Positions 52,883 through 62,928 of a stretch of DNA of 64,000 bases are shown here, one piece after another. The notes beneath the pieces are model-generated. The model was not told where the DNA came from, ran no database searches, and worked only from the letters and a program-made list of their open reading frames with translations. The stretch is from an uncultured Chloroflexia bacterium (GTDB lineage Bacteria; Chloroflexota; Limnocylindria; Limnocylindrales; CSP1-4), in NCBI GenBank assembly GCA_963715245.1, contig CAVQRM010000001.1, forward strand, positions 643,188 to 707,187, written 5' to 3'. A program made the position numbers and the translations under genes. Position 1 is the first letter of the stretch; the number at the start of each line of letters is the position of its first letter.

Positions 52883-53874
52883 CGGCGGCGTCGCCGGCCG
52901 TGCCCGTCGGCCGGACCGCCTCGCTCGATGCCGCCGCGCGCCGCAACGCGTGGACGCTCGGGCTGGTCGGGTTCCTCGTCGCGCTCCTCGCGTTTACCAA
53001 GATCATCAACCCGGACTACGGCGTGGCCGGCCTCCAGGGCCTCGCCATCGCGGTGCTGCCGCTCGCCCTCGCGACCGTGGGGCAGGCGATCGCGGTGATC
53101 TCCGGCGGCATCGACCTCTCGATCGCCGCGATGATGGCGCTCTGCGGCGTGGTCACGGCGACGATGATGGAGGGCCAGTCCGCGGAGTTCGGGCTTGTCG
53201 TCGTGGCCGGCGTGCTGCTGCTGGGGATCGCCCTCGGGGCCATCAACGGCGGCGTCGTGGTGCTCACGAAGGTCCCGGATATCGTCGTCACCCTCGCGAT
53301 GTCGTTCGTGTGGTCGGGGTTCGCGCTGCTCGTGCTGCGAACGCCGGGCGGCAAGTCCGTGCCCTGGCTGCGCGACCTCGTCCTCGGACCGGTGGTCGTG
53401 GACTTCGTACCCAAGGCCGCCGTCGTGCTGCTCGTGGTCGTCGCGATCATCTGGATCCCACTCCGGCGCTCGCGCCTCGGCCTGTCGATCTACGCGATCG
53501 GCAGCAACCGGCTGGCGGCGTTCCGCAGCGGCGTCTCGGTCGGACGCACGAAGGTCGCGGCGTACGCGTTGACCGGCCTGTTCGCGGCGCTGGGCGGGCT
53601 GGCCGTCGTCGCGTCGACCGGCATCGGCGACCCGAAGTCCGGCCCGTACACGCTCCAGGCCGTCGCGGCGGTCGTCCTCGGGGGCGTGAGCCTCGCGGGT
53701 GGCCGGGGCGGCATCTTCGGCCCGGTGATCGCGGTGGTGATCCTCCAGCTCATCCGGACGGACATGACGTTCCTCAACCTCGACACGAACCTGGCCGTCG
53801 TCGCCCAGGGCGTCATCCTCATCGGCGTCGTGATGGTCGGCAGCTACGTCCAGCTCAGGAGGGATCGCGCATGA
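52879..53874 (+). CDS. ABC transporter permease (RbsC-like), copy 1
   Basis: 10-TM-like hydrophobic protein. Translationally coupled (ATGA overlap). Confidence 0.8.
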   Translation: MTAASPAVPVGRTASLDAAARRNAWTLGLVGFLVALLAFTKIINPDYGVAGLQGLAIAVLPLALATVGQAIAVISGGIDLSIAAMMALCGVVTATMMEGQSAEFGLVVVAGVLLLGIALGAINGGVVVLTKVPDIVVTLAMSFVWSGFALLVLRTPGGKSVPWLRDLVLGPVVVDFVPKAAVVLLVVVAIIWIPLRRSRLGLSIYAIGSNRLAAFRSGVSVGRTKVAAYALTGLFAALGGLAVVASTGIGDPKSGPYTLQAVAAVVLGGVSLAGGRGGIFGPVIAVVILQLIRTDMTFLNLDTNLAVVAQGVILIGVVMVGSYVQLRRDRA

Positions 53875-54866
53875 GCGGCGCCGCCGGGGTCCAGGGCGTG
53901 CGTGGCACGCTGTCCGCGGGCGGCCTCCGCGGCCTGTTCCGCGACTATCCGCTGGTGCCGCTGGTCGCGCTCCTGCTGCTGCTCGTGGCGTTCATCGCGG
54001 TCGTGCGGCCGGGGATGGTCAGCGCCGACTGGGCCGGCGTCGTCGTCCGCCAGTCGATCCCGCTCGCCCTGCTCGCGGCCTGCCAGACGATCACGTTCCT
54101 CACCGGCGGCATCGACCTCTCGGTGGGTGCCGTGGCGTCGATGAGCGGCTTCCTCGTGGCGACGCTCGTCGGCGGGCAAGGCCTCCCGATGGCGCTCCTC
54201 ATCGCGCTGCTCGTGGCGGCGCTCGCCGGCTTCCTGTCCGGGATCGGCGTGGGCGTGTTCCGCGTCCACCCGCTGATCATGACCCTGGGCATGGGCCTGG
54301 TCGTGCTCGGTCTCGCGAACGTGTGGCAGCTGATGATGGTCCAGACCGGCGCCGGCGTTCCCGGCGAGCTGCGCTGGATCGGGTCGGGGATGCTGGCGTC
54401 GATCCTGCCGTACAGCCTGCTGGTGTTCGTCCCCGTTGCGGCCTTCGTCCTGATCATGCTGCGTCGGACCGGCTATGGCCGGCAGCTCTATGCCATCGGC
54501 GACAACCCGGTTGCGTCCCGCCTGTCGGGTGCCCGGAGCTGGCAGGTCCTCACGGCCCTGTACGTGATCTCCGCGCTGATCGCGGCGATCGCCGGCTTCC
54601 TCTACTCGGGCGCGAACAACACCGCGAGCGTCACGCTCGTGGACTCCTCGGTGCTGCCGTCCGTCGCGGCGGCGGTCATCGGCGGGACGTCGATCATGGG
54701 CGGGCGCGGCGGCTATGCGGGCACGATCGTCGGGGCGCTGATCCTCACGGTCCTCGCGTCGCTGCTGACGGTGATGGGCTTCCCCGAGGCGGTCCGCCAG
54801 ATCCTGTTCGGGTCGATCATCGTCGCGGTCGCCGCCGCCTACACACGGGTCACCGCCGAGGGCTGA
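53871..54866 (+). CDS. ABC transporter permease (RbsC-like), copy 2
   Basis: Hydrophobic. ATGA overlap with the upstream permease. Confidence 0.8.
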   Translation: MSGAAGVQGVRGTLSAGGLRGLFRDYPLVPLVALLLLLVAFIAVVRPGMVSADWAGVVVRQSIPLALLAACQTITFLTGGIDLSVGAVASMSGFLVATLVGGQGLPMALLIALLVAALAGFLSGIGVGVFRVHPLIMTLGMGLVVLGLANVWQLMMVQTGAGVPGELRWIGSGMLASILPYSLLVFVPVAAFVLIMLRRTGYGRQLYAIGDNPVASRLSGARSWQVLTALYVISALIAAIAGFLYSGANNTASVTLVDSSVLPSVAAAVIGGTSIMGGRGGYAGTIVGALILTVLASLLTVMGFPEAVRQILFGSIIVAVAAAYTRVTAEG

Positions 54867-54914
54867 GGCGGGGCCCCGGGCGTCGTCTGGGCCCGTTCGC
54901 TCGCTCGCCCGCAC

Positions 54915-54952
54915 CTGACCCGCCCGCCCGCCCCTGACCCGCCCGCCCGCCC
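54915..54952. repeat. perfect tandem duplication of a 19-nt unit CTGACCCGCCCGCCCGCCC
   Basis: Read directly in the 320-nt convergent intergenic region. Complementary GGGCGGGCGGGG lies ~150 nt downstream. Confidence 0.6.
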
Positions 54953-55130
54953 GGCGGGTGAACGAGCGCACCGTGCATCGTCTGACCCGGCCGCCGGGAC
55001 ATCCGTCCCATGCGCGGCGTCACGGTGCGATGGCCGTGCCGCGGGGCGGGTGGATCGTCGCGCCATGCATCCATACGCCCGCTGGGCGGGCGGGGACGCG
55101 GACGCAGCGCAGGTGGGGATGCGGCCCGCG

Positions 55131-55175
55131 GACGGCGAACGCCCCGGCCGGGGGGGATGACCGGGGCTTCGCCGA
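55131..55175. terminator. extended GC-rich hairpin (CGGCGAAcGCCCCGG … CCGGGGCTTCGCCG, one bulge) between convergent permease and flavoprotein genes; candidate bidirectional terminator
   Basis: Inverted repeat read directly, ending ~10 nt before the minus-strand stop at 55186. Confidence 0.35.
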
Positions 55176-55185
55176 AGGGTGAGGC

Positions 55186-57363
55186 TCAGTTGCGGGCGGC
55201 GGCGGCCTCCTGGAGCTCGCGCATCCGGACCGTCGAGTACGAGGGCCCTTCCTCGCGCGTCAGCTGGGCAAGCACGTCGATCGGCAGGTCGTCGACGATC
55301 GCCCCGTTGGGGTTGAACAGCAGGTGCTCGTCCACGGCGAGCCCGAACGCCGAGCCCTCCTTGACCGCGTGGTACAGGTTCCGCGGCGCCACCGAGTCGC
55401 CCACGTTGAGGACGTGGACGCCGGCCGCCTTGAGCTCGGTGAACAGTCCGATCTCCGGCCGGGTGTGGCAGGTGACGACGTCGTCCACCTCGATCTCGGA
55501 GCGTCCGAAGTCGCTGCCCTGGAGCACCACCCGGGTCCCGTCGATCTCCGCCACGGTCGTCGACGTGATCACCGTGACGGGATGCTTGTACGGCCGCGAC
55601 GAGAGCACCTCCGCGTCGCCCTGCGCGAAGCGCTTGCGCAGGACGTACATGTGGATGACCTCGCAGTCGGCCGCGAACTCCCGGTTCTCGGTGACGATCG
55701 TGACCTCGCGGCCGATGTCGGCCAGCCACGCGGCGGTGTCGGCGGCCGCGTACGAGTCGCCCCACAGCAGCACCCGCTGGCCGACCTTGCGCATCTTCCG
55801 GCCGCCGGGATGGCACTCGCAGGCGATCTTCGGGCAGGCCATCGTCTCCTCGAACGGCACGACCCGCGACGCGTCGCCGACGACCGGCGGCACGTACGAC
55901 GCGGCACCGGTCGCGTTGAGCACGAGGTCGAAGCCCGCGCAGCTCCTCGACCGTCGGCGCGTGGTTCAGCCGCACGTCCACGTGGAGGTCGAGCACCTGG
56001 TCCCGGATCCAGTCCAGGTACCAGCGCATCTTCTCCTTGCCCGGGACCATGCACACGTACTTCATCGCCCCGCCGAGCTCACCGGAGCGCTCGAACAGCG
56101 TCACGAGGTGGCCGCGCTCGGTCGCGATCCGCGCCGCCTCCATGCCCGCCGGCCCGCCACCGACGACCGCGACGCGCACCGGGCGCTCCGTCCGCCGCAT
56201 GTCGTCATAGGCGGGGTTGCCGCACGCCGCGTTGATCGAGCACGCGATCTCGTGCTTCGCCATCAGCGACTCCTGCCAGCAGCCGCCGAGGCAGGAGATG
56301 CACTTGCGGATCGACTTCGTCCGGCCGTACTGCGCCTTGACCGGCCAGTACGGGTCCGCCAGGAGCTGGCGCGCGAGGCCGACGAGGTCCGTCTTGCCCT
56401 CGGCGAGGATCTGCTCGCAGTACTCGGGGTCGCGCAGCGAGTGCGAGGTGATGACCGGGATCTTCACCACGGCCTTCGTCGCCTCGGCGGCGTAGGTCGC
56501 CCAGCCCTGCGGGTACTGCATCGGGTCGAAGCCCGCGCCGGGCGACTCCTGCATGCCCTGCGCTGAGGTCGAGCGCCGCGACACCGGCCCGCTCCAGCAC
56601 CCGCGCGGTCTCGAGACCCTCCTCCATGTCGCGGCCGCCCGGGCACCACTCCTCGAACGAGTACCGGACGAGGATCGGGTATCCCTTGCCGCACTTCTTC
56701 TGGATCGAGTCGATGACCGCGAGCGGGAACCGCATCCGGTTCTCGAACGAGCCGCCGAAGCGGTCCGTCCGCATGTTGAGGTAGGGGCTCATGAACTCCG
56801 ACAGCAGGTAGCCGTGGGCCGCGTGGAGCTCGACCGCGTCGAAGCCCGCCTGCTTCACGCGCCAGGCCGCCTCGCTGAACAGGTCGACGAGCTCGAGGAT
56901 CTCGGCGATCGATGCCTCGCGGATCTCCTTGCCCTTCTCCTCGGCGTTCTCGTACACGATCTCGTGGCCCGCGGACCACGGGAGCTTGAGGACCCGGTCC
57001 GTTGCGCCCAGCGTGTTGTAGCGGGGGATCGCGCACTGGCGCCCCGGGTGCTGGAGCTGGACTGCGCACTTCGCGCCGTAGCGGTGCATCGACTCCGCCA
57101 GGCGGGCGAGGCCCGGGACGTAGTTGTCGCCGTCGGCCACAAGGCAGGTCACGGTGGGCCGGCCGGTCTTCATGTCCGGCGTCGTCGCGCCGACGATGAC
57201 GAACCCGGTCCCGCCCTTCGCGATGTTCGCGTGGTGGTGGATGTCGCGCTCGCTGACCTCGCCGTCTGCATGGGAGGAGCTGATGTCCGTCGGGACGTGG
57301 ACGATGCGGTTGGGGAGCGTGAGGCTGCCCAGCTGCAGGGGGCTGAACATCGTGCGGGAACGG
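55186..57363 (-). CDS. OYE-like NADH:flavin oxidoreductase fused to an FAD/NAD(P)-binding domain (2,4-dienoyl-CoA reductase / DgcA dimethylglycine demethylase / StcD N-methylproline demethylase / trimethylamine dehydrogenase family); two apparent frameshifts (~56575, ~55935)
   Basis: N-terminal TIM barrel MFSPLQLGSLTLPNRIVHVP…HAAHGYLLSEFMSPYLNMRTDRFGGSFENRMRF… (ORF 56205..58202 frame). 4Fe-4S linker + FAD region …RKCISCLGGCW…VAVVGGGPAGMEAA… (ORF 54839..56584). NAD(P) domain (ORF 55186..55923). Confidence 0.65.
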
Positions 57364-57548
57364 CCATGGGAGGCACTCCTGGAGGCGAGCATGACTCGAC
57401 GCCTCGATGCTGGCGCCCCCTCCGCCGGCGGCAATGCCAGAGGGGGTCGAAGGAGTGGCAGAACCGGTCGCCGCGGTCCGGACGGGCTGCGCGATTGGCG
57501 TCCGATGGCCCTGTCCGATCCGGCTGCGGCCCGGCGACGCTGTCCGCA

Positions 57549-58457
57549 ATGGCCGTCTACGTCTGGCAGCAGGACATGGAGCCCGCGTTCCCGCTCGCGG
57601 CGCTCGAGTACACCGTGCACGGCGACGGCGACCCGATGCACTGGCACGACCACTTCGAGATCGCGCTCGTGCTCGAGGGGCGCGGCGTGTTCATGTTCGG
57701 CCGGCGCCCGCTCGAGGCGGAGGCGGGAGACGTGTTCTTCATCGACAACTCGCAGCCGCACGTCGCGCTGGCCGACCGCGGGGCGCCGATGCGGCTGCTC
57801 CTGCTCCTGTTCCGGCCCGAGCTCGTCGCACCGCCCGGCTGCCGCGAGCTCGACGAGGCGCTGCTCGCCCCGTTCCGACCGGTCGCCGGCGGCTCGCCGC
57901 GCGTCCCGGCCTCGGCGCCGGTCGCCTGCGAGGTCGCGTCGATCCTCCATGACATCGCGGACCGGTGGACGGGCCGCGACCCGGCCGAGCGACCGGTCGT
58001 CGACGCGATGCTCCGGCTCGCGCTCGCGCTCGTCCACCGAGCGGCGGCCTCGTCCGCGCCCGCCGACGCCGCGCGTGCGGCCGCCGACCGTCGCGAGCAG
58101 ATCCGCCCGGTGCTGGCCTATGTGGACGGCCACTGCCGCGAGAGCATCACGCTCGAGGACGTCGCCGCGGTCGCGCACGTGAGCCCGAGCCGCGTCCGGC
58201 ACGTGTTCAAGGACGTCACCGGCGTGAGCTTCAAGGAGTACGTGACGCAGGTCCGCGTGGCGGAGGCGAAGCGCCTGCTCCTGGGCACCGAGCTGTCCGT
58301 CGCGGACGTCGCGCGGTCCGTCAGCTACACGAACCTCAACCAGTTCTACAAGGTGTTCTACCGCTCGTGCGGCATGTCGCCGGGCGAGTACCGCCGCTAC
58401 TACCTGCCGGCCGGGAGCGACGAGGCTCCCGTGCCCGCCGCAGCACCACGGGAGTGA
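57549..58457 (+). CDS. AraC-family transcriptional regulator (cupin sensor + HTH_AraC)
   Basis: Divergent from the flavoprotein gene. C-terminal …ITLEDVAAVAHVSPSRVRHVFKDVTGVSFKEYVTQVRVAEAKRLLLGTELSVADVARSVSYTNLNQFYKVFYRSCGMSPGEYR…. Confidence 0.8.
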   Translation: MAVYVWQQDMEPAFPLAALEYTVHGDGDPMHWHDHFEIALVLEGRGVFMFGRRPLEAEAGDVFFIDNSQPHVALADRGAPMRLLLLLFRPELVAPPGCRELDEALLAPFRPVAGGSPRVPASAPVACEVASILHDIADRWTGRDPAERPVVDAMLRLALALVHRAAASSAPADAARAAADRREQIRPVLAYVDGHCRESITLEDVAAVAHVSPSRVRHVFKDVTGVSFKEYVTQVRVAEAKRLLLGTELSVADVARSVSYTNLNQFYKVFYRSCGMSPGEYRRYYLPAGSDEAPVPAAAPRE

Positions 58458-58462
58458 CGTCG

Positions 58463-59347
58463 ATGACGATGACGATGCAGGCCGACGCGGTCGGCGTCCG
58501 GGTCCGCGAGGCGGTCGACGCCGACTGGGAGGATGCCGGGCGGATCTGCTACGAGGCGTTCGCGACGCTCGCCGACCAGCACGGCTTCCCGCACGACTTC
58601 CCGACGGTGGAGGCGGCCGCGCTCCCGATTCGCTGGCTCATCAACCACCCGCAGGTCTACGGCGTGGTCGCGGAGAAGGACGGCCGGGTCATCGGGTCGA
58701 GCTTCCTCGACGAGCGGGGGACGATCTCGGCGATCGGGCCGGTGAGCGTGGAGCCCGGGATCCAGGACCACCACGTCGGGCGGATGCTCATGGAGGCGAT
58801 GCTGGGGCGGGCGCACGCGCGGAACGCACCCGGGGTCCGGCTCGTCCAGATCGCGTACCACAACCGCTCGCTCGCCCTGTACGCGCGGCTGGGGATGGAG
58901 GTCCGAGGCTCGTTCGCCGCGATGTACGGCCCGCCGATCCGCGAGTCCATGCCGGGCTACGACGTCCGCGCCGCCACCATCGACGACGAGTACGCCTGCA
59001 ACTCGCTGTGCCTCCGGGTCCACGGGCACGCGCGCGCCGGCGAGGTCCGCGAGGCGATCGAGGCGGGGACCGCTCGGGTCGTCGAGCGCCTCGGCCGGAT
59101 CACGGGCTACACGACGAGGATCAACTACTTCGCCCACTCGGTCGCCGAGACGAACGACGACCTGCGCGCGCTCATCTGCGAGGCCGAGGAGTACGGGACG
59201 CCGGGCTTCCTCGTCCCGCTGTCGAACAACGACCTGTTCCGGTGGTGCCTTGACCGCGGGCTGCGGGTGTTCTTCGTCACCCAGATGATGACGATCGGGC
59301 TGTACCAGGAGCCCGAGGGCGCGTACATGCCGTCCGTCGGGTACTGA
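58463..59347 (+). CDS. GNAT-family N-acetyltransferase (tandem acetyltransferase fold)
   Basis: …HVGRMLMEAMLGRAHARNAPGVRLVQIAYHNRSLALYARLGMEV… acetyl-CoA binding-like motif. Confidence 0.55.
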   Translation: MTMTMQADAVGVRVREAVDADWEDAGRICYEAFATLADQHGFPHDFPTVEAAALPIRWLINHPQVYGVVAEKDGRVIGSSFLDERGTISAIGPVSVEPGIQDHHVGRMLMEAMLGRAHARNAPGVRLVQIAYHNRSLALYARLGMEVRGSFAAMYGPPIRESMPGYDVRAATIDDEYACNSLCLRVHGHARAGEVREAIEAGTARVVERLGRITGYTTRINYFAHSVAETNDDLRALICEAEEYGTPGFLVPLSNNDLFRWCLDRGLRVFFVTQMMTIGLYQEPEGAYMPSVGY

Positions 59348-59526
59348 GGGTCCCGCTCTCGCCCCCGGCCTCTCCCATCCGCGTGACTCCGCTGGGAGTC
59401 ACCATGCGGCTTGCGCTGCGTGGATGTGCATCGGCACGCAGGGCTCGGACGCAGCTCTCTGCGCAGCAGGGCGCTGTGTGACTCACGGATGAGTCAGGGG
59501 CGGCCGGCAGAGGCCGGCGGCACGGC

Positions 59527-60420
59527 CTAGCGCTTCGGCGGCTCCATCGCGGGGTAGGTCGTCGACGTCGGGGCAGTGAGCTTGTCGTAGAGCGCGCCGG
59601 CGTTACGCTCCTGGATGTACTCCATCATGTACTCCTGCCCGATATCGACCGGGTAGCGCTCGGCGAAGCTCACGCGTGCGATCGTCTCCTCGCGCGACCA
59701 GCCCTTCGCGATCGCGGTGGCGACGGCCGACGTCCATTCCATGAGGAACGCGCGCTGCGTGGCCAGGTACGACTTCGGCTGGACGGGGCCGTGGCCCGGG
59801 ACGACGTGCTCGATGTCGAGCGCCCGGATCCGGTCGAGCGCGGTGATCCACTGCTCGACGTTGGACGTCATGAGCCACGTCGTGCACTCGGAGAAGATCG
59901 TGTCGCCCGTGAACACGACCCGCTCCTCGGGGACGTAGACCGCGAGCTGCCCCGGCGTGTGCCCGGGCGTGTGGAGCAGGTTGAACGTGCGGTCGCCGAC
60001 CTCGAGCGTCACGTCGCCCGTGAACACGATGTCGGCCGTGCCCATGTTCGCGTAGTAGGTCTGGCGGTCGGGGACGAGGGCGCCGCCGCCGGGGTCGTCG
60101 GTGGGCAGGGCCTCGAGCGCGTACTCGAACGGGTCGAGCTCCGGGAACACGGTCATGAACCGCTCGTGGACGCCCTGGTGGTGGACGATCGTCGTGCGGC
60201 CCTTGAACCAGTAGTTGCCGAAGATGTGGTCGACGTGGTGCTCGGTGTTGATGAGGTACTGGATCGGGCCGAGGGCCTCGACCTCGTCGCGCATCGCGAC
60301 GGCCTTCGTCGGCAGCTGCGGCGTATCGATGACGACGGGCCCCGCCGAGGTCTTCACGAAGCTCGGGTTGCAGCCCCGGACCTTGGTCTCGGTCCAGATG
60401 CGGTCGGTGACCTGCTCCAT
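59527..60420 (-). CDS. MBL-fold metallo-hydrolase
   Basis: HxHxDH motif (…NTEHHVDHIFGN…) plus …LLHTPGHTPGQLAVYV…VPGHG…. Confidence 0.75.
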   Translation of the reverse strand: MEQVTDRIWTETKVRGCNPSFVKTSAGPVVIDTPQLPTKAVAMRDEVEALGPIQYLINTEHHVDHIFGNYWFKGRTTIVHHQGVHERFMTVFPELDPFEYALEALPTDDPGGGALVPDRQTYYANMGTADIVFTGDVTLEVGDRTFNLLHTPGHTPGQLAVYVPEERVVFTGDTIFSECTTWLMTSNVEQWITALDRIRALDIEHVVPGHGPVQPKSYLATQRAFLMEWTSAVATAIAKGWSREETIARVSFAERYPVDIGQEYMMEYIQERNAGALYDKLTAPTSTTYPAMEPPKR

Positions 60421-60433
60421 CGCTGGTGCGCTC

Positions 60434-61219
60434 CTACTGGGTGGCGGTGAGGCCGCCGTCGATGCCGATCACCTGGCCGGTGATGAACGAGGCGGCGGGG
60501 GAGGCGAGGAACACGACGGCGCCCGTGATGTCGTCGGTGGTGCCGATGCGACCCAGCGGGATCCGGTTGACGACGTTCGCCTTGAACACGGGATCGCCGA
60601 GGAGCGTCGCCACCTGTGGCGTGTCCACGAACGTGGGCCGGATGGCGTTGACGTTGATCGCGTGCTTCGCCCACTCGGTCGCCCACTGGCGCGTGAGGGC
60701 CTCGATCGCGCCCTTCGCCGCGACGTACGCGGAATAGCCGGCGTTGATCGCGAGCACGGCGCGCACCGAGGACAGGTTCACGACGCTGCCGCCGTTGCCC
60801 GCCTCGATCATGGCCCGAACCGCGGCCTGGGTCGGGATCACCGTCGAGCGGAGGTTGAGCTCCATGATCCAGTCCCACGCGTCGCGCGGGTACGTCTGGG
60901 CGTCGTGCAGCTCGTTGCCCGCGCCCCCGCCGATCGCGTTGACGACGATGTCGATGTGGCCGAAGCGGGCGAGCGCTGCGGCCACGGCGCGTTCCGAGTC
61001 GGCCTCGCTGGTCGCATCCGCCGCCACGCCGATGGCCTCGCCGCCGGCCGCCACGATCGCGTTGGCCGTCGCGTCTGCCTTCTCCTGGGTCTGGTTGACC
61101 GCGACGACCTGCGCGCCGGCGCCCGCGAGGGCCTTCGAGATCGCGCTTCCCATCGCCCCGCCGCCGCCCGGTACGAGGGCGACCTTGCCCTGCAGGCTGA
61201 ACGCATCGAGATAGCTCAT
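60434..61219 (-). CDS. SDR-family NAD(P)-dependent oxidoreductase
   Basis: …KVALVPGGGGAMGSAI… glycine-rich motif, …NAIG…, catalytic Y-xxx-K (…YSAYVAAKGA…). Start set at MSYLDAF (ATG 61219) because the longer ORF would overlap the promoter elements at 61242..61281. Confidence 0.8.
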   Translation of the reverse strand: MSYLDAFSLQGKVALVPGGGGAMGSAISKALAGAGAQVVAVNQTQEKADATANAIVAAGGEAIGVAADATSEADSERAVAAALARFGHIDIVVNAIGGGAGNELHDAQTYPRDAWDWIMELNLRSTVIPTQAAVRAMIEAGNGGSVVNLSSVRAVLAINAGYSAYVAAKGAIEALTRQWATEWAKHAINVNAIRPTFVDTPQVATLLGDPVFKANVVNRIPLGRIGTTDDITGAVVFLASPAASFITGQVIGIDGGLTATQ

Positions 61220-61241
61220 CGGGCTCCCTTCCGTCACATCA

Positions 61242-61281
61242 TCGATTATCGAGGATAGGTGACGTCCGGGTCCGGGTCAAC
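61242..61281 (-). promoter_or_regulatory. minus-strand promoter (TTGACC-17 nt-TATCCT) followed by palindrome TCGATAATCGA; paralogue of the deoC promoter-operator module
   Basis: Reverse complement reads TTGACCcggacccggacgtcaccTATCCTcgATAATCGATgatg. Ends 23 nt upstream of the SDR start codon. Confidence 0.4.
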
Positions 61282-61567
61282 GACGCACGCCGGCCCCGAC
61301 GCCCCTACGACCCCCATGGCCCCTACAGACCCGACGATCCCGACGGTCCCGACCAGCCCGCGGATTGCGTGGTGGTCACGTTTCCGAGACCGATGCGCCG
61401 CGGACTTGACCCACATGCACGTTCGCAACGCGTCTTGCGCCAGGATTGGCGGTTCGGTGTCACGAACGTGCGCGATGGTCACGTTCTCGACGAGCGTGTT
61501 CGGAAGACGTGAGTGCCAGGCAATCCCGAACCGGGGTGCGGGGCGCGCAACGGGACCGGGCGCGCTG

Positions 61568-62561
61568 CTACGCGGAGAGGGCGCGGTCCAGCCACGCGGC
61601 GTCGAGGCGGCCGTCGGCGAGGGCTGCGCGGTAGGTGTCGATCGTGGCGGCGACCCCGTCGGCGAGCGGCGTCTGGGGGACGTGGCCGAGGGCGACTTCG
61701 AGTGGCCATCCGTCGAACGCGCTGGGGAAGGGGAGGACCCGGTCCTCGAACGTGATCGTCCCGAGCGATGCCGGTGCGGCCGCCTCGATCGCGTCGACGA
61801 TCTCGGCCACGCCGACCGCCGGCCCCGGGAGGCTGAACACGTGCGCGCCGTCGAGGTCCGCGCGCGCCGCGGCGACGAACGCCCGGGCCGCATCCTCGGC
61901 GAACTGGAACTGGTACCGCCCGCCGAAGTTGACGTGGTAGTCGCGCCCGGCCGCGGCCGCGATCATGGCGACGGTCGGCTTGGAGGTCACGCCCTGGTCC
62001 CGCCCCGGGCCGTAGACCGAATGGGGACGGAGGCCGATGCTCGCGACGCCCTCGGTCTCCCATGCGACGCGGGCGCCCTGCTCGTTCGCGACCTTGTACA
62101 CGCCGTACCACGAGGTCGGGTAGAGCTCCGCGTCCGGCGGGAGGACGTCGACGCCGTAGCGCGCCGCCGGGCCGTAGACCGCCGCGCTGCTCGCGTACAC
62201 GAGCCGCCCGATGCCGAGCCGCCGGGCGAGCTGGAACATCGAGACCGTGCCCTCGACGTTGACCCGTGCGCCCTTGATCGGGTCGGCGGCGCAGAACGGG
62301 AACTGGAGCGCCGCGAGGTGGACGAGGCGGGTGATGCCGCGGTCCCGCGCGACGGCCTCGAGCGCAGCGATGTCCAGCAGGTCGCCCTCGACGACGTCGA
62401 GCGCCGGCCAGCTCGGAAGGGGAGAGGACGAGCGCGAGCCGGTCATGCCGGCCGCTCGACGTGAGCACGGTGACCGGGGCCCCCTCCCGGACGAGCTGGC
62501 GAACGACCCACGAGCCGATGCAGCCCGTGCCGCCCGTGACGAGGAAGCGATCGCCGACCAT
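61568..62561 (-). CDS. NAD-dependent epimerase/dehydratase family protein; apparent frameshift ~62440
   Basis: N-terminal MVGDRFLVTGGTGCIGSWVVRQL… (ORF 61479..62561). Body with …YASSAAVYG…Y…K… (ORF 61568..62908 frame). Confidence 0.6.
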
Positions 62562-62571
62562 CGCCGCCGCC

Positions 62572-62857
62572 TCAGGCGACCCTGGTGTACGCGACGATCT
62601 CCATGCCCTCGTGGAGCTCGTTGAGCTCGGGCTGGAGCCCCTGGTGGATGGGGCTGGTCCGCCACGCTGCCGCCTGGTCGGCGGTCTCCCAGCGGAACAC
62701 CATCTGGTAGCGCTCGGGGTGCTCGGCCTCGCGAAGCAGGCCGCACTCGATGAGACCGGGGAGATCGAGCACGGGCGGCCGGTAGCGCTCGGCGAAGAAC
62801 TCCTCGAAGTCCGCCGTGCGGTCGGGAAGAACCGCGAAGGACACGTGCCGCTCGATC
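62572..62857 (-). CDS. ABM (antibiotic-biosynthesis-monooxygenase-like) / Dabb-fold small protein
   Basis: ~95 aa: MIERHVSFAVLPDRTADFEEFF…YQMVFRWETADQAAAW…. Confidence 0.45.
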
Positions 62858-62892
62858 ATCACGCAGGCTCCCACTGAAATTGGCCTTACCAG

Positions 62893-62921
62893 TTGACGAC
62901 TTTATCACCCGGGCCTAGCAT
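62893..62921 (+). promoter_or_regulatory. sigma70-like promoter TTGACG-17 nt-TAGCAT ending 8 nt before the GntR ATG (near-leaderless transcript predicted)
   Basis: Read directly in the AT-richer divergent region between the ABM and GntR genes. Confidence 0.3.
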
Positions 62922-62928
62922 CCCGTCA

